The position numbers and the translations under genes are program-made. A model generated the notes under the pieces. That model made no database searches. It was not told the DNA's origin and worked only from the letters and a program-made list of their open reading frames with translations. A stretch of 58,078 nucleotides of DNA, the filler included, from Platydemus manokwari (Eukaryota), in NCBI GenBank assembly GCA_037951405.1. It is 5 parts of 5 records of this genome, joined end to end, with 100 filler letters (N's around TTAATTAATTAA, not from the genome) between each part and the next. Parts side by side here need not be neighbours in the genome. Positions count along the whole stretch, not along the records: positions 45,762 to 58,078 come from JBBMOY010193339.1; 4 more parts are not named here. One strand, written 5' to 3'. This document shows positions 54,050 through 58,078 of this stretch, one piece after another. The first letter of the stretch is position 1; every line of letters begins with the position of its first letter.

Positions 54050-57000
54050 ATGTTTGGGTTTCGAATTTCTGTGGATTGAATAATAATTCTAGAAATCTAG
54101 TGGATGCCTCATCGTCAAAGAAAGTTTTATTGAAGAAGAAGCGAGTGGAGAAGAATAAAAATTTCATAAATAAAAGTGTTCAGACTGACATTTATAAATA
54201 TCCCAGCACGGCTACATTAAAATCTAATTGTCAATAAATAGAAACAGATCTGTAAAAGCCGGTGACTGCATTCTCTTGAATAATTAAGATTGTAACATTA
54301 GAAATTCCGGTTGTCGCCCCAAAACAACTGCGACTGATTCTGAGTTAATTATTTATTTGGATATAGAACCGGTTACCAGAGTTAATATCGCAAACATACA
54401 TGCTAAGCATTCAGCATTTAAATCTGAACCAGTAGTGTCATGTCTGATTCAAATCGAAAGTGTAGATGCGTCAAATTTTTGGTGAAATATTCAACTGAGT
54501 TCTCCACAATGTTTAGGGAATGATCTCACAGTAGCCAGTATTGCTTCGAATGTTGTGCAGATTTTATGCATTCAAATGTGTCTTTAGAGGAAAGACAGGC
54601 TTAAAATATGATGGAGGCTAGAGCGTATGGGTGTTGGAGTTGATATTAATGCCTTACGACTTGTTATAAGGAAATGTATGGCGTAGACGTACATGTGGAA
54701 TCGTTTAAACGACTTAATGTTGACTTGATTTTGAAGCACATCTCTCTTGAAAGGATTGAGTTCAGAAAGAAATGCAAAAGAAGGATTGAAACTTCCGATG
54801 AGAATAATCTAATTAAGCTCAGATCTATCTTTGTTTATCTTGTCTGTGGTTGTAGGAAGTGCTGCAAGTCCGGTTTGGGAATGTTGATCTCTTATAGTTT
54901 CGAGGATGATTATTCGATAGACAGGCTTATATGTGAGGCAGTTGATATTTCGTTGGATACAATGTTTAATAGTATGGTTGATTTTGTTCTCACAAATGAT
55001 AATAATTTTCTGATTTTCTACCTTATGTTTGTATTAAAGAAATGATATCTAGTTCAATTAGATAAGCTCCTTGATGGCTTACTCGATTATGTGATTGATG
55101 AGTGCATAACACATCATCGCAAAAGTTACATTCCGTTCTCCGGCTTAGGTGATGACATGTTCAGATTTTGACTCTATGGTCATGAACATTTCTGCAGGTG
55201 TACAAATCATTTTGGAAAGTGATGATGACTCTTTCGTCAATTGTTGATTCCCAAGACATAATATTAGATATGAATGTTTTTATACATTTCGATGGAACTA
55301 ACATCTCTATTCCAGTTTCTGATATAGAAATAACAGATCTTTCTACTATTCATGAGATTCGAGTAATGAATATATTTACAGCTTCCTCTAACTCAAAGGT
55401 TTGGTGTTGTTTGTGTCAAAACATAAAGTAAATCTTTTGTGATATCCTGTAGTACAAATATCACAGCGGTACATAAACATTTTGCTACAATTCATAATCT
55501 TACAAATATTAGTGATCTTGGAATAACTTGCCATTGAGGTTTTGTAGGATATATTTTTAATTTCAAGTCGCATTATAATTCACATAATGCTAATACTGCA
55601 GTAGAATTTTGTGAATCCTCGACTTTAAATGACTAAATATTGATATCATTACAGTTAGGAAAGACGATCTGACTTCACAATAACTAAGCGGGCAAGCCAT
55701 TCAAGATTATATCCGTCTTCGATTGTTTGGTAGGTACGGTATAATTTTCAGTTCACTTCCTCCTGCTGCAGCTATTGCCTGATCTAAGTCGGATTTATTC
55801 TAAGATTCTTTCCCGTTTCGAAACATAGGAACTTCATCGATAGTCCTATGGCTGATACACTGGAATAATGATCATTGGGTTGCCTTCATTGTCAATGTTG
55901 GTAAACAAAAATCTTTCCTAATAGATCCCACAAGAAGTGAGTTATCAGAAGAACAAGCATTTCTATGGGGCAAAATTAATTGGATTTTGGAAAATCTCCT
56001 TGCTCCATGATTCGTTATCTCTTTATCAAAGGGTTTTCTTGACAATGTTCCGATAAATCTCGCTTCTTTATTAGCAGCTACATGATAGACTATTTTGAAA
56101 ATTGTAGTTTCTCATCTCCAGTTCCGATATTTAGATCTCACATAAACTTTTGTCAAAGAGACTTATTTAATAAGAAACATAAACTTGAAAAAATCCGTAT
56201 CTCGTCGTCTGGTCTTCACCCTTTCCTCTCAAGACGATGATGTTGATTGATGACATTGGAGTGGATTTGATTAAGGTTCTTGAATTTGGTAGTAAGGCAA
56301 TATCACGTGTATAACCTGACAGGTTTCGAACAAAGATTAAATGTATGTCAGATGGAAAAGTAGAATCTTCTAAATCTATTTTTGAGTTAAGAAAAGAATA
56401 TATAGTGATGCCGACGAAAGTAATAAAGAGGTTATTACCTTCCTCTACTCGAACATTTCTACTATTTGTTGAAGAAATTACCTCTCATTTAACACATCAA
56501 TCTCACACCACCTCTTTCTAATTTGCATATCCACGTACCGTTTTCATAAAACCTTTTCAAGAATGAGCCAATTTCTTTTGAGGAAATTGCCTCTGCTTTC
56601 AAATTCTCGAAAAACCCTCCTACTGGTAATGATGGCTTGTTGTTCAAGGATTGGTGTGAGATTGATCCGAAATTTGTGTTTTTGAATAAGGTCTTTAATT
56701 TAATGTTAAGTTTAAAGCGAGTTCCGGATCAGTGAAAACAATTTAAGACTTCTTTTATATTAAAACCACTGAGCGATGAGCAAGTACCAATTGCGCTAAT
56801 AGACACATCCTATAGATTGTTTTGTAACATTATTAACAATCATATGATTTGTTGAATTACCAGTGGAGATTTAATCTGTGGAAATAAAAAAACCTTCAGA
56901 TATGTGGATGGTTGTGCTGAGCATAATGCATGCTTTCAATCCATTTACGAATCTTGTAAAATGTCAAGGGTAAATTTCCATTTCGTTTAGTTAGATCTTA

Positions 57001-57750
57001 AGGAACGATTTCCTAGCTTGCCGCGTGAGTTAATTTGGTTGACTCTGGAAAAGACGTGTTGTGCATCCAGTACAATCAATCTTTTGAAGAATTGTATAAT
57101 GGCATAAGTACTACATATCATTATGAGAAAATAATCACTCCTTTTATGGATTTGGTTAAAGGTACTAAACAAGGTTTCCCTTTGTCGATGTTATTATTCT
57201 CTTTATCGATAGATTTCCTGGTTAAGTCTTGCGACAATTTACCGAGACCACTGACATGATCTAGTATGGAAGTTTTCATATTGGCTTATGCTGACGACAT
57301 GGTAATTGTTTCTGGTGATGCAGCAGGGATTACTTATAGGTTAGGTGGAATTGTCTCTCTGGCTAGTAAGGTTTATCTTACCTTTAATCCTAGTAAAGGT
57401 AGATATTTCTGTACTCATTCGATGAAAAGAACTGTTCTCAGAATATACGATAGTGATATTCCAGTAATGGATGAAAAGAACCAATAATAAATAATAATAA
57501 TGTCATCTCTGACTTCGAGGTGATTTGTAACTCGGACTTATATCTGAGCCAACAGCTAAATTTCTTTAGAGTATTTCTATTCTTTAGACTATCATTTGAC
57601 CTTAGAAACAAAGAGCTCAGTATTCTATCTCTTTCCTATCCACACAAGAGACTAATTAGTGGTAAACCCAAGGAACTCGGAGTTAGCTTTTTTCCGTCAG
57701 CCAATAATGACTTTTTGTATACATGTAGAAAGTTGGGTAATATTTTATAA
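54050..57750 (+). mobile_element. NeSL/Utopia-like RLE-group non-LTR retrotransposon, decayed and 3'-truncated: 5' ORF segment, two zinc fingers (~55400-55590), Ulp1/C48-like protease (~55805-56100), RT (~56600-57490)
   Basis: CCLC..VHKHFATIH and TCH*GF..KSHYNSH zinc fingers; IVLWLIHWNNDHWVAFIVNVGKQKSFLIDP; RT motifs PTGNDG, PDQ*K, PIALIDTSYRLF, DGCAEHN, LDLK, GTKQGFPLSMLLF and LAYADDMV. Same family as 23150-24950. Confidence 0.9.
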
Positions 57751-58078
57751 TATTTTATTTATTTTTTTTATCATCATAAATTATGATGATAATTGAGTTT
57801 AATTTAGGATAAAATTTAGTTAATTCCTAGTTAAAATCTGAAATAAATTGATAAAATAACAATAATTAAAATAAAAATAAGTTAATTATTTTCATTTTCC
57901 TCTTAACAACTAAAAATTACCAACTTTTAAACCCATATATTTGCCAAAATTATCAGCATATAAAAATAATACCAAACAATAAAACCCGCATGGTAACTAA
58001 GGCAGAGAGATAATTCCATTGAATTGCGAGAATTCGTCAGGTAGTAGAAGATCATACGCCTTTGCCCTTTAATACCTT

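Overview
This is very AT-rich eukaryotic (metazoan) genomic DNA with short spliceosomal introns (41-63 nt in the stefin and bestrophin genes) and (ATT)n microsatellites. That profile suggests a planarian or other flatworm, which is an inference. The window consists of five contigs joined by four artificial 100-nt N44-TTAATTAATTAA-N44 linkers, so adjacency across them is not guaranteed. Host genes are: a 3-exon stefin (cystatin A/B type), a convergent multi-exon orphan with a MYCBP/Dpy-30-like docking helix pair, a tandem pair of intronless secreted-type paralogs (one intact, one with premature stops), an intronless kinesin-14-like gene with degenerate switch motifs, a divergent bestrophin lacking its 5' exon(s), and the 5' half of an MFS sugar porter with a GC-AG intron. 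The rest is decayed mobile DNA: a pogo/Tigger transposon, two copies of an RLE-clade (NeSL/R2-like) non-LTR retrotransposon (the longer one with zinc fingers and a Ulp1-like protease), Ty3/Gypsy relics, Maverick/Polinton fragments (pPolB region, ATPase, PLA2X, integrase), solo-LTR-like repeats and MITEs. No tRNA, rRNA or CRISPR array was found. The best leads are the probable pseudo-kinesin-14, the bestrophin with Lys at the Ca2+-clasp Asp301-equivalent, and a 150-nt palindrome that gives two divergent Maverick genes nearly identical starts. All family assignments come from motif recognition by eye; no searches were run.
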